Shown here piece by piece: positions 43,485 to 53,607 of a stretch of 64,000 nucleotides of DNA. A program made the translations under genes and the position numbers. Positions within the stretch are counted from its first letter, which is position 1. Each line of letters begins with the position of its first letter. Location: positions 124,001 through 188,000 of IMG/VR virus record IMGVR_UViG_3300049048_000052, one strand, 5' to 3'. A model generated the notes under the pieces. That model saw only the letters and a list, made by a program, of their open reading frames with translations, did no database searches and was not told the origin of the DNA.

Positions 43485-44550
43485 TAAAACTATTGATACG
43501 GCACAACTAACCTCGGCCTATGCTGAGCTAGATAAGAATCTCAGCAAGAAGTTTGGTGAGAAGTACTTTGGCTTTACTACGGGTCGTAATATAGGTGAGG
43601 TAACCAGGATAAGTACTGACTGCATAACGCTTGATAGAGTGTTAGGTGGTGGTATACCTGAGGGTAGGATGATAGAAGTCTTTGGACCTCCATCAGCCTC
43701 TAAGACTACCCTATGCCTAAGCATAGTTAAGGCATACCAAAAGGCAGGTCTAGCCTGCTTCTGGGTGGATGCTGAACGTGCCTTTGATCCTAAGTATGCT
43801 AGAGCATGTGGCGTAGATCCAGATACTCTAGGTATCCTAGAACCCCTCACTGCTAATGATGCTCTTGAGAGTGTACGCCTAGTAGCTAAGAGTGGTGTTG
43901 TATCCCTAATCATATTAGATAGTACTGCGGCCTTGGTGCCTCAAGATGAATATGAGAAGGATGCAGGCTCAGGTATGATTGGCTCTGTGGCTCGTATCAT
44001 GAGTCAGATGCTTAAGCAGATAGTAAATATAGCAGCAGATAATAAGTGTACTGTTATATTCATTAATCAATTAAGGGCCTCTAATCTAACTGGCTATGGG
44101 TCCAAGACTACTACTACGGGTGGTAATGCACTTGAGTATTATTCCTCTATAAGACTAGAGGTTACCAAGGCAGGCTTCATTGAGGATAAGGGTGAGAAGA
44201 CTGGTATAAATATTAATATACAAACTAAGAAGAATAAGACCCATAGTCCCTTTAAGATAGGAGAACTGAGTGTCTACTTCCCCTTCAAGTATAAGGGTGA
44301 GGTAGTTGCTGGGGTCGATCGAGTTGGTGATATATTAGATAATGCACTTAATTATGATGTTATAGCTAAAGGCGGCTCATGGCTTACCTATAAGGACCAG
44401 AAGGTTCAGGGTAAGGATAAGATGAGGGCCCTACTATTAGAGGACGAAGCTTTACTAGCTGATCTTGAGGCTACGGTAAGAACTAAGTTAAATGATATAG
44501 ATATTAAGGAACAAGATGACGAACAATCAGGAAAAGCCCAAGAGGACTAG
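43477..44550 (+). CDS. recA: RecA recombinase
   Basis: LGGGIPEGR.IEVFGP...KTT, DAERAFDP.YA, DSTAALVP, ARIMSQ, IFINQLR, GGNALEYYSS. Confidence 0.97.
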   Translation: MSNKTIDTAQLTSAYAELDKNLSKKFGEKYFGFTTGRNIGEVTRISTDCITLDRVLGGGIPEGRMIEVFGPPSASKTTLCLSIVKAYQKAGLACFWVDAERAFDPKYARACGVDPDTLGILEPLTANDALESVRLVAKSGVVSLIILDSTAALVPQDEYEKDAGSGMIGSVARIMSQMLKQIVNIAADNKCTVIFINQLRASNLTGYGSKTTTTGGNALEYYSSIRLEVTKAGFIEDKGEKTGININIQTKKNKTHSPFKIGELSVYFPFKYKGEVVAGVDRVGDILDNALNYDVIAKGGSWLTYKDQKVQGKDKMRALLLEDEALLADLEATVRTKLNDIDIKEQDDEQSGKAQED

Positions 44551-44968
44551 AACTAAGGCTTCGCCTTACAAGGATATGTCCCTAGTGGAACTCCTTGCTG
44601 AGAGAAGTAAGCTACAGGACTCTATCAATGACATAGATAAGTTATTGTTGCAGGCTGTTGAGGTCCTAAAGAGTAATGGTGTAATTGGGGGATACAACCC
44701 CAATACTAAAAGAAGTGGTCAGGCTCCAATTGCTCCGTATGGTAGCTACACAGACGACCCTACTAAACTAACCATACCAGCACCTCCGCCTCCTCAAATA
44801 GATAACATGATGACAGGTCCTGTTACCCCACCTCCCTTTGATCCATCTCTAGCCACCTCAGGAGATCTAACACCTATTGTGGGTATATTGGATCCCTCTG
44901 TGGAGGTAGATGCTCTGCATGATGAAATATCTAAGACTATTCAAGGTATCCAAGCAATGGATACCTAA
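44516..44968 (+). CDS. hypothetical protein
   Basis: ORF track; Pro-rich. Confidence 0.6.
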   Translation: MTNNQEKPKRTRTKASPYKDMSLVELLAERSKLQDSINDIDKLLLQAVEVLKSNGVIGGYNPNTKRSGQAPIAPYGSYTDDPTKLTIPAPPPPQIDNMMTGPVTPPPFDPSLATSGDLTPIVGILDPSVEVDALHDEISKTIQGIQAMDT

Positions 44969-45041
44969 CCTATATTGACTGGTATTAAAGACTAATGAGG
45001 GAGTCGAGAGGCTCCCTTTTATATACATATAGGAATCAATT

Positions 45042-45575
45042 ATGAATATCTCACAAGCAACGAAGATATCCTTAGTCTCTGGTATACTGCTCAACCTAGC
45101 ATCAGTCATAGATGATATATATATACCTGATGCTATGCATGAGGAGGATGAGTTTGATCATTTAGTCTCTTATATACATGAAGAGCTAGAGAAGCATGAT
45201 ACTTATAGTTCTCTAATAGCCTTGGAGAAGGCGGAGCAGATGACTCTAGTACATAGCGTACTAGTAAGTTGGAAAGCTAAAAGTGATTTACCTGTAGAGG
45301 CTATACTGGATTGCGGTCTTCTAGTTGGAAAAGAGTATAGGAACGGTGAGTTCCTACTACCCCTAAGACACAGAGAGGATGGACTTATAGACTGTATTCA
45401 TATAACAGGATCCCTTGAGATACAACCTTCAACAGTCGGAGAGATATCTCATTACTACAGTATTGAGTATGATGATGATGACGTTGAACTGGCCTTCAAG
45501 AGGGTTGAGGATTACGAGGACTATCTGAAGTCCCGTCTAGACTTAGCACTAACAGCCAAGTACCGCCTACCCTAG
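45042..45575 (+). CDS. hypothetical protein
   Basis: ORF track. Confidence 0.6.
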   Translation: MNISQATKISLVSGILLNLASVIDDIYIPDAMHEEDEFDHLVSYIHEELEKHDTYSSLIALEKAEQMTLVHSVLVSWKAKSDLPVEAILDCGLLVGKEYRNGEFLLPLRHREDGLIDCIHITGSLEIQPSTVGEISHYYSIEYDDDDVELAFKRVEDYEDYLKSRLDLALTAKYRLP

Positions 45576-45585
45576 AGATAATTAT

Positions 45586-48500
45586 ATGAAACTGATAAAA
45601 GGTTCTGAGATCGACTTCTATTACGTAACCTCTGATGTAGGACCTCTAGTAGAAGCGATCCAGGATCTAGACCTTGTCTTGCTTGATACCGAGACTTATC
45701 CATTAAGTGAGAAGTTCGGTCATACGGCTAATGGTCTAGATCCTCATACATCTAAGATAAGACTTATACAAATTGGTTGGCAGGGTTGCAATATACCTTA
45801 TGTAGTCGATGTTAAAAAGGTAAAGAATATCCAGCCTCTATTAGATCAACTAATGAGGGAGGACCTAAAGAAACTTATACATAATGCTCAGTTCGACCTG
45901 AGACATATATATTCTAACTTTGGTATATGGCTACCTAACGTGTATTGCAGTATGACTGCCATGAAGACCCTATCGGTCTCCACTGGTTGGCAAGTAGGTA
46001 GAATGAGAGGTCATTCACTCAGAAGTCTAGCAAGAGACTTCTGTGATAGACATCTGGATAAGACTGAACAGACTAGTGATTGGTCTAAGGATACACTGGA
46101 TGCTGAGCAGTTAGAGTATGCCGCTATGGATGTAGCACCTTTCATAGTTGATGCTTTCCTATCTATCAAAGAGGCCTTATGTGGACCCATACCATTAGGT
46201 TATGATGAGCCTAAACCTTTTGAGATAGATCAGGGGGCTGTTGTACCCATTGCTAAGATTGAGTATAGGGGCAATTATGTCAGCAGGGAAACATTGGAGA
46301 TCCTACTGAAGGAGTCTACTAGGTTAGCTGAGTCTCATAAACAGAAGCTATGCCAAGTACTAGACTTCCCTATTGAGAGGGAGATAGTAATGGGTGATGA
46401 TGGTCAACTACAGGTTAATACTGTGGTACCTGATAAAGTAGCTAAGTTACTCAATAATAATAAGGGTCTCGTATCACATATAAATAAACTCTTAGAGGGT
46501 TCTGGATTAACTTTAACAAATCTACAGAAAGAAGAGTTAGAGAACCGTTTAGAATTACTGTCTGAGAGTAAAGCATCAGAAGCTGATGAAGAATCTGAGT
46601 CTTCTGATGAGGATATAGATTATGACTATGATTATGGTATCAGTAGTATTAAAGAACTACTACTGTACAAGAAGTATGTAAAGTTGGTCTCAGATGTCAG
46701 TAAGCATATAGATGCTATTAATGTAGTAACAGGTAATATACATACTGACTTCCATATTATCAATGCGGCTACAGGTCGTATGGCATCCTCTTCTAATATG
46801 AATGGGATACGGGTAAACCTACAGCAGGTTAACAAATTTAGTACTAGGGCCCAGGTGCCTATTAGGTTACTAGGGGGAGAGCTGGATGAGCTAGCTGATG
46901 TTAACTTATCTCTTAGAGGCGCCTTCCAAAGTCCTGAAGGACATAGCATGGCAATATGCTTAGCTGGAGATACTCTCGTTTATACGACTAAAGGTTTAGT
47001 TGAGATAAAGGATATCCAGGCTGGGGATCAGGTCATCACTGATGGAGGTACAGCATCTGTATATCATACGAAGAAGACTGAGGGACGCCGTGTCTGGAAG
47101 CTTAAGACTAAACTGGGCTATGAGATAGAGACGACTCCAGGTCACAGATTTATGACTGTGAATGAGGAGGGTGACCTAGACTTCAAGGAGTTAAGACATC
47201 TTAAACCTAATGATTTTATAGTACTGCACAGGAATGAACATAGCTCCTATGAGGTAGACGGTGAACTCATAACTGAGTATGAGGCTACCCAGATAGGTCT
47301 CAACATGAAAGGTAGGAATAATGATAAGCAGGTACCCCCTGTTATTATGAGTGCCTCATCTAAGATTCAAGCTGCTTTCTTAAGGGGCCTCTATACAAAT
47401 GAGGGCTTCCTAGAAATGAACAGTAAGATCAGATATGTTGCCTTATCTACGGGTTCCGAAGTTTACTGTAAGCAGATACAGACCATGCTACTGAGTCTGG
47501 GTATTATATCTAGAAGGACTAGTAGAAGATATGAATGTGAGTATGGATATTATAGTGACTATTGGCTGACAATAGCTGAGATCGATCAGGTCAACCTATT
47601 TCGTAATCTCATAGGCTTCCTTGACGAAGCTAAGACAGAAGCATTAGATAGAAACTGTGATAAGCCTAAGGTATTCAATCGTAGCCATAACATACCCTTC
47701 TCTTTTGTTAAGAAGAGGATAGGTAAATCAGGTAAGCCTGGTATGGCGGACCTTAAACGTAATGGTAATAGATTTGGCACTACTACAAGGTATGCGGTTA
47801 ACAGAGCATACAGACAGGTACCTCATCTATTTGATCCCTCTATGCAACCTATTATAGATGGAACCCTTGCCTTTGATAGGGTGGTATCAATAGTAGATGA
47901 GGGTAAAGTCTGTGATGTTTATGATATTACTGTACCTCGTCTGAGAAGATTCAGTGCTAACGGCATAATAGTTCACAACTGTGACTATAGTAGTCAGGAG
48001 CTAATGATTGCGGCGGCCCTGTCTAATGATAGGGTAATGCTTGATGCTTTCTTTACGCAAAGGGATAATCCAACTCTTATCGATCCTGAAGGTAATGAAT
48101 ACGCTAACCCTTTGGTGGATCTACATACAGTAGCAGCCATGTCCCTATTCCCTCATCTCAATGAGGTGCCCTTGTGGAAGCTTGAGAAGGCTGCCAAGGA
48201 GATAGGTCCTGGAGGTCAGAAGTATCGAGATCTTGCCAAAGTGTTCAATTTTTCCATAATTTATGGTGCTTCTGCCCAGTCCTTAGCTCCTGGTCTTAAG
48301 TGTTCAGTTGAGGAGGCTGAGAGGTTCCTTGCGGCTTACTTTGGTAAGTTTAGAGGCTTAAAGGCATGGCTTGATAGGTCAGCTAAGTTAGCTAAGAAAC
48401 AGAAGTGGGTTACTAGTGCGACTGGCCGTAAGCTCTTCTGCTTTGAGTCTAACAATAAGGGCAGTGATAATGCAGTGGAACGTAAGGGTCCTAATGCATT

Positions 48501-48870
48501 AGTCCAAGGTCTTGCATCTGACATGATGAAGATGGCATTTAGCAGGGCCGTACCTAGGATAGAAAGACTTAATGATAAGAGAAGGTCATTAGATCCAGGA
48601 TGTAAGATAGGTTGGATACAGGCTATCGTACATGATGAGATTGTGGCTATCGTTCCAGGTACTCCTAAGTTAATTGATATAGTTAAAGCTGGTAATAAAG
48701 ACGGTACAGATAAGCTTATATATGAATTCCCAGAGATAGCTATGGAGTATGCTGAGTTAATCAGTGGCACCATGGAGGAGGTTGAGAGTGAATTACTATC
48801 ACCTCTAATTGGTCAGGACTTCCCCGCTAAGGCAGACCCAGGTCTAGGCTTTAGTTGGGCTGATAAGTAA
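45586..48870 (+). CDS. polA: family A DNA polymerase (3'-5' exo + pol) containing an intein
   Basis: DTET, HNAQFD, YAAMD exo motifs; TGRMAS, DYSSQEL, R..AK.FNFSIIYG, VHDE. Confidence 0.95.
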   Translation: MKLIKGSEIDFYYVTSDVGPLVEAIQDLDLVLLDTETYPLSEKFGHTANGLDPHTSKIRLIQIGWQGCNIPYVVDVKKVKNIQPLLDQLMREDLKKLIHNAQFDLRHIYSNFGIWLPNVYCSMTAMKTLSVSTGWQVGRMRGHSLRSLARDFCDRHLDKTEQTSDWSKDTLDAEQLEYAAMDVAPFIVDAFLSIKEALCGPIPLGYDEPKPFEIDQGAVVPIAKIEYRGNYVSRETLEILLKESTRLAESHKQKLCQVLDFPIEREIVMGDDGQLQVNTVVPDKVAKLLNNNKGLVSHINKLLEGSGLTLTNLQKEELENRLELLSESKASEADEESESSDEDIDYDYDYGISSIKELLLYKKYVKLVSDVSKHIDAINVVTGNIHTDFHIINAATGRMASSSNMNGIRVNLQQVNKFSTRAQVPIRLLGGELDELADVNLSLRGAFQSPEGHSMAICLAGDTLVYTTKGLVEIKDIQAGDQVITDGGTASVYHTKKTEGRRVWKLKTKLGYEIETTPGHRFMTVNEEGDLDFKELRHLKPNDFIVLHRNEHSSYEVDGELITEYEATQIGLNMKGRNNDKQVPPVIMSASSKIQAAFLRGLYTNEGFLEMNSKIRYVALSTGSEVYCKQIQTMLLSLGIISRRTSRRYECEYGYYSDYWLTIAEIDQVNLFRNLIGFLDEAKTEALDRNCDKPKVFNRSHNIPFSFVKKRIGKSGKPGMADLKRNGNRFGTTTRYAVNRAYRQVPHLFDPSMQPIIDGTLAFDRVVSIVDEGKVCDVYDITVPRLRRFSANGIIVHNCDYSSQELMIAAALSNDRVMLDAFFTQRDNPTLIDPEGNEYANPLVDLHTVAAMSLFPHLNEVPLWKLEKAAKEIGPGGQKYRDLAKVFNFSIIYGASAQSLAPGLKCSVEEAERFLAAYFGKFRGLKAWLDRSAKLAKKQKWVTSATGRKLFCFESNNKGSDNAVERKGPNALVQGLASDMMKMAFSRAVPRIERLNDKRRSLDPGCKIGWIQAIVHDEIVAIVPGTPKLIDIVKAGNKDGTDKLIYEFPEIAMEYAELISGTMEEVESELLSPLIGQDFPAKADPGLGFSWADK
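46957..47979 (+). mobile_element. intein (341 aa) with LAGLIDADG-type domain
   Basis: N-terminal CLAGDTLV, TPGHRF block B, FLRGLYTNEG, VYDITV...F.ANGIIVHN/C. Confidence 0.95.
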
Positions 48871-48883
48871 TTACTGGAGGACT

Positions 48884-49459
48884 ATGGCTTACAGCGATCC
48901 GTTCAAAGTAGTCTGCTTAGGTTTAATGATGGAGGCATGTGGGGAGCCTGATAACAATAAAAGGCTCCTTGATATGCGTAGTTTAGCTATGGATGGTCCT
49001 GCTGAGGAAGAAGAGCCCTCTAAGGCTGATTATGCTAATTGGTTAGCTGCGGTGGCTCAAGGTCTACTCAATGTACAGGACCTATGGGTATCTTATGCTC
49101 ATAGTTGTCATAAGTACAATATGATCGAGGGTCATGCTGCAGACCAGCAGAGTAATATGCACCTATCCAACATTCAGAATAGGGTGGAACAGTGTCCCTT
49201 AGGTAATGTAGCCCTAATGCCAAATCGTATTGTGGTTTGGCTACTACTACGCTACCGGGGTACCATTACGGATCTTGAGGAGCCTATGACTGAGATAGCT
49301 CATATAGAGTACGCTCTACTGGCCATCAAGGATACTTTGCAAGATATAGGAGCGGCTCAGGCCTTCCAGACAATACAAATATTGTCTACTCCCAAACCTG
49401 GATTTGAACTCCCGGATGATCTACTGCTACCTTACTACCCTGACTTTATCTCGTTTTAA
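48884..49459 (+). CDS. hypothetical protein
   Basis: GGAGG SD. Confidence 0.65.
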   Translation: MAYSDPFKVVCLGLMMEACGEPDNNKRLLDMRSLAMDGPAEEEEPSKADYANWLAAVAQGLLNVQDLWVSYAHSCHKYNMIEGHAADQQSNMHLSNIQNRVEQCPLGNVALMPNRIVVWLLLRYRGTITDLEEPMTEIAHIEYALLAIKDTLQDIGAAQAFQTIQILSTPKPGFELPDDLLLPYYPDFISF

Positions 49460-49539
49460 GTAGATGAAATTCAGGAGCCGTTGAGCCCTAATATGTTCTA
49501 CGACCTTGTGGAGTTTAACCAGTACAATTAAAGAAGACA

Positions 49540-50316
49540 ATGAAGAAGATCACTGGACTGTTGTTATTGTTCACGTTGTGGAGTTCACTAACTGTTCTTG
49601 CTGCCTGTAATGGCAGCACGGTTCAATATGTTAGTCCTGAGACAGAAGATGTGGTACTACCCCCAGCAACTAATGTAGGGGGTATCGTTGACGGTACCTA
49701 TATTGTTACCGCTGCCACTTTGAATACAGGTACTAATGAGTACACCTTTAACTTAAAGGGTGTCCCTACTAGTATCACAATACCCATGCAGAACTTAGTA
49801 TGGGGTCGTGCTCGTGGTAGTAAACAGACGCTAACCGTGTTTGGTGGTACCTATAAGTTCAACATACATCCAGGTACTCGTATCACTTGGATGCAAGCTA
49901 ACTACCAGCCTGTTTATTGGAGCCCCTATAGCTCCTCTTTAGATAGCTCTGGTCCCAGCTTTTACATTGCGCCTCCCCCTCGTGCAAATGTAACTAATGT
50001 TAATGTTTACACAGGCGGTACAACAGGCCGTAACTACAGTCAAGTTAGGGAGACTGTCAGTAAAAGGTATGGTAAGACCTACCAATTGCCTGCAGCACCT
50101 AAGGTGAGGGATCGTAGTGCCATCAGGACTACTGGCTACAATGTTAGTAGCAGCGATAGTAATACCTCCATTAACAAGACTGATAGTAGGAGAGGTAAAT
50201 CAACCTACAACAGTTCTTCCTACTCCAATAGGAAAAGCAGCTCCCCTTCTACTGGCTTTAGTAATAGAGGAGGTGGTGGAGGTAGATCTGTGAGTACCAG
50301 TAGAAGTAGAAGGTAG
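49540..50316 (+). CDS. putative lipoprotein with S/R/G-rich tail
   Basis: MKK + hydrophobic stretch + LAAC lipobox. Confidence 0.65.
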   Translation: MKKITGLLLLFTLWSSLTVLAACNGSTVQYVSPETEDVVLPPATNVGGIVDGTYIVTAATLNTGTNEYTFNLKGVPTSITIPMQNLVWGRARGSKQTLTVFGGTYKFNIHPGTRITWMQANYQPVYWSPYSSSLDSSGPSFYIAPPPRANVTNVNVYTGGTTGRNYSQVRETVSKRYGKTYQLPAAPKVRDRSAIRTTGYNVSSSDSNTSINKTDSRRGKSTYNSSSYSNRKSSSPSTGFSNRGGGGGRSVSTSRSRR

Positions 50317-50378
50317 TAACAAAGGGCCTGCTCGGGGGGCCCACCCTATTATTGATTGGTTACCCTTAGGGAACCATT

Positions 50379-51542
50379 ATGTTATTAGTACAAGAGTATC
50401 TGTCTTCTGGCAAGTCACTAGAAGACTTATCAAATGAGTTAGGATTAAATATTAAGCATCATCCTGTCGATCCTCTAGTCATCATTGACTATGATCAGAT
50501 CAGGAGTCCTAGAAAGGATCCTATTGTGCGTGAGTGCAGAGGTCTTGTCCTAGAGAAGGATACGTGGAAGGTAGTAGCCAGATCATTCAATCGCTTCTAT
50601 AATTGGGGAGAGTTCCCTGAGGAGGAGCACCTATTTGATTGGAAGAATGCTACCTGTGATGAGAAGATAGATGGATCTATGATCATCCTCTACCATTACA
50701 ATGGAACCTGGAGAGTTAACACTAGATTCAGTTGGGCTGATAGTATAGTGGGCGATGGTCCCTATACCTGGACCCAATTGTTTGAGATAGCTATGGGTAA
50801 AACACTACAAGAAGTTGGGGATATCCTAATAGCTGAGAATAATAGGTCCTATGTATTCGAATTGGTATCTCCGTATAACAAGGTAGTCCGCTGGTACCCT
50901 AAACCTAAACTTTACCTATTAGGGGAGTTTAGGTTGGATGTGGATCACGATGAGTACCATGATGCGGGTTTAGCTTTGCATGCGGCCTTCCTTGATGTAG
51001 ATAGGCCTAATCGCTATATCCTCAATAATATAAGGGCTATCAAGAAGTACCTAAGGGAACTAGAGGCTAATGACCCAACTAATGAGGGTGTAGTCATCAA
51101 TGATGGTATTCACTATTGGAAGTTAAAGAATGAGAAGTACTTGGTCCTCCATAAGATGAGGGGCGACTCAGGTAACTTATATCATCCTAAATACTTAGTA
51201 CCCTTTATTCTTACTGGTGAGACCTATGAGCTACTCACTTACTTCCCAGAGGTAGAGGATAAGTTACTAGAGTATAAGGCTCGTATAGATAAAGAGTATG
51301 ACCTATTACAAAAGGTATGGGCTGATGCTTGTGGCATACGCTCTAGGAAAGACTTTGCTCTTGCTATCAAGGATGCTACTAGATTCAATAGTCTACTCTT
51401 TAGTCTTCGTAATGAGACCGATGTAATCCTATTCCCAGAGGAGGAACTAGGAGATAGTATGGACCGCCTAGATGAGATGTGGCGTAACTCTTTAGACTTA
51501 ATACTAAAAGTATTATTTGCTAAGGAGGTTGTTCATGTCTAA
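50379..51542 (+). CDS. RNA ligase, T4 Rnl1 family
   Basis: ECRGLVL, FNRFYN, EKIDGS, FELVSP, EGVV, KLKN. Confidence 0.9.
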   Translation: MLLVQEYLSSGKSLEDLSNELGLNIKHHPVDPLVIIDYDQIRSPRKDPIVRECRGLVLEKDTWKVVARSFNRFYNWGEFPEEEHLFDWKNATCDEKIDGSMIILYHYNGTWRVNTRFSWADSIVGDGPYTWTQLFEIAMGKTLQEVGDILIAENNRSYVFELVSPYNKVVRWYPKPKLYLLGEFRLDVDHDEYHDAGLALHAAFLDVDRPNRYILNNIRAIKKYLRELEANDPTNEGVVINDGIHYWKLKNEKYLVLHKMRGDSGNLYHPKYLVPFILTGETYELLTYFPEVEDKLLEYKARIDKEYDLLQKVWADACGIRSRKDFALAIKDATRFNSLLFSLRNETDVILFPEEELGDSMDRLDEMWRNSLDLILKVLFAKEVVHV

Positions 51543-52038
51543 GGCAGGTATAGTATTGATAACCATTGGTATACCTGGATCCGGTAAGTCTACATTCATA
51601 AAGGAAAAGATAAAGGCGTTTCCTGATGCGGTCTATATAAATGCTGACAGTATTAGAGAGGAGCTAACAGGTGATGCTGGTAATGGTACTAGGGACCGTC
51701 AGGTTTGGAATCTATTAGATGAGAGATACCTAGAGGCCCTAAGAAGTGAGAAAGAAGTTATAGCATTAGACTGTACCTTTACTCGACCCAAGAGAAGGAA
51801 GCCCTATATACAACGGGCTAAGAGCTTTGGTTATATAGTACATTTATTGTTTATGGATTGTCCTCTCGAATTAGCAATAAAGAGGCAGGACTATAGAGAT
51901 AGGAAGGTGCCAATAGATGTCATCAAGACCATGTATGATAAGCTAACAGGTGCCACAGAATACGAGGAGATAAACTGTCGTGTACATAGAATTACTCAGA
52001 AGGATAGTGGACCTAATGGGGGACTGCGATTACCGTAA
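51535..52038 (+). CDS. polynucleotide kinase (AAA_33) domain protein
   Basis: GIPGSGKST, NADSIR, D.T....RR, R...R.RKVP.DVI. Confidence 0.85.
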   Translation: MSKAGIVLITIGIPGSGKSTFIKEKIKAFPDAVYINADSIREELTGDAGNGTRDRQVWNLLDERYLEALRSEKEVIALDCTFTRPKRRKPYIQRAKSFGYIVHLLFMDCPLELAIKRQDYRDRKVPIDVIKTMYDKLTGATEYEEINCRVHRITQKDSGPNGGLRLP

Positions 52039-52300
52039 GAACCAGAATGGTACCTATACTATGACAGTGGGTTACCATGAGAGCTATAAATCTTTTAATG
52101 GGCCTACTATAGAGGACGTTACAGAGCAGGCATGTAAAGAATTAAATATTGGAGATGACAATGAACAGGCAGGAATTGCTAGGTGATCTAAATAAGAGAT
52201 TGGCAGCTATGGACATCCTTACTCTTAGAAAAGCAGCTAGGCTTATCAGCAATATAGAAGAGAACAAACAGACTTGGACTCTACACAGAGTAGGGGACCA

Positions 52301-53017
52301 ATGAGATACGCACTTATAGCTGATGTACATGGCTGTTATAACCAATTAATAATAGCACTTAAGTATCTAGGGTTTTATAGAGATGAGGAGGGTACCTGGA
52401 CCACTAATGGTAAGTACTTCGTTATTTCATTAGGAGACCTTAATGATTATAGACACAAGGAAGGTCTAGAGAAGTCTAGTTCTATAGGTTGTATTAATAC
52501 AATGATGCAGCTAAATCAACTAGGCTGGTCAGAGACCGTTAACTCTAATCACCAGGATAAGTTTGTCCGTTGGCTTAGGGGTAATAGGGTAACTACTACC
52601 TGGGGTCTAGAACATACTGTTGAGGAGTTCAAGAGGTATGCCTCTGAAGGCACTAGGGAGGAGGTTAGGCAAAGACTACTTAAGTGGCTTGAGTGTAGAC
52701 CTAATTACTATTACTTTGAGGAGGATGGTAAGAAGTATGTGGCAGCACATGCTTATTACTCACCCAATACACCTAATAAGGAACCTAAGCAGGCTAAGGA
52801 TATATCTATATATGGACCTAGAGTAGGTGGTGGTTCTAATCAGCGTGCTGAGTGGTGGAAGTATCAGGCGCCTCATGACCGGTTTGTTATAGTGGGTCAC
52901 TATCATGAAACATGGTTCCTTGAGGGATCCGCTGGTATAGATGGGGGTGCAGGAGAGGGAGGACCTCTTAATATCTACATACCCTCTACCAAGGAACTGA
53001 TAAGTATAGAATACTAA
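52301..53017 (+). CDS. metallophosphoesterase (Pnkp-type phosphatase)
   Basis: DVHG, GDLND, SNHQDK, AAHA, VGHYH, IDGG. Confidence 0.85.
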   Translation: MRYALIADVHGCYNQLIIALKYLGFYRDEEGTWTTNGKYFVISLGDLNDYRHKEGLEKSSSIGCINTMMQLNQLGWSETVNSNHQDKFVRWLRGNRVTTTWGLEHTVEEFKRYASEGTREEVRQRLLKWLECRPNYYYFEEDGKKYVAAHAYYSPNTPNKEPKQAKDISIYGPRVGGGSNQRAEWWKYQAPHDRFVIVGHYHETWFLEGSAGIDGGAGEGGPLNIYIPSTKELISIEY

Positions 53018-53058
53018 TTATTGATTTTATTTATTGTTTACATTCAGGAACTATATGT

Positions 53059-53607
53059 ATGAATCCATATGAATTAATGGTGGTATTAGGTAGCACAGCT
53101 ATGGCTTCTGTGGTAGAAGATGCCAGTATAAAACTATGCGAAGAAGAGTGGGGTAAATGGGTAATAGAGGGGTTTTATAAGGACACTCCGCTTCTAATCA
53201 GGTTAAATTGCTTAGAAGAAGTAGAATTTAACCTACCACTTATTACCTGTGATAGTACCTTGTCTGAGTCTATATTAACTCCCTTATTAATAAGTTGTGA
53301 TGGTCTGTCTGGCACTATAGGTATATGTAGATCTTATAGCGATGCAGTCTTTCTTTGCTACAAAGTATCGGCCCTATTTGATTTGAGTGATAAGGAAGAT
53401 TATGTGGCCATAGCTACGACTATTAAATCTGAGTATTTAGCTATTCGTGGTAGGTTTAAATCTATAAGAAAGATGATGGGCGCACTCAATAAGAGTACGG
53501 ATGAGCCTACTAGTAAAGCTCCTACTCCAGTTGCTTTTAGTCTAGATAGTCTTAATAAAATGTTTGATACAGATAATAAAGAAGAGCAAGAAGACGATGA
53601 AGTTTAA
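53059..53607 (+). CDS. hypothetical protein
   Basis: ORF track. Confidence 0.6.
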   Translation: MNPYELMVVLGSTAMASVVEDASIKLCEEEWGKWVIEGFYKDTPLLIRLNCLEEVEFNLPLITCDSTLSESILTPLLISCDGLSGTIGICRSYSDAVFLCYKVSALFDLSDKEDYVAIATTIKSEYLAIRGRFKSIRKMMGALNKSTDEPTSKAPTPVAFSLDSLNKMFDTDNKEEQEDDEV

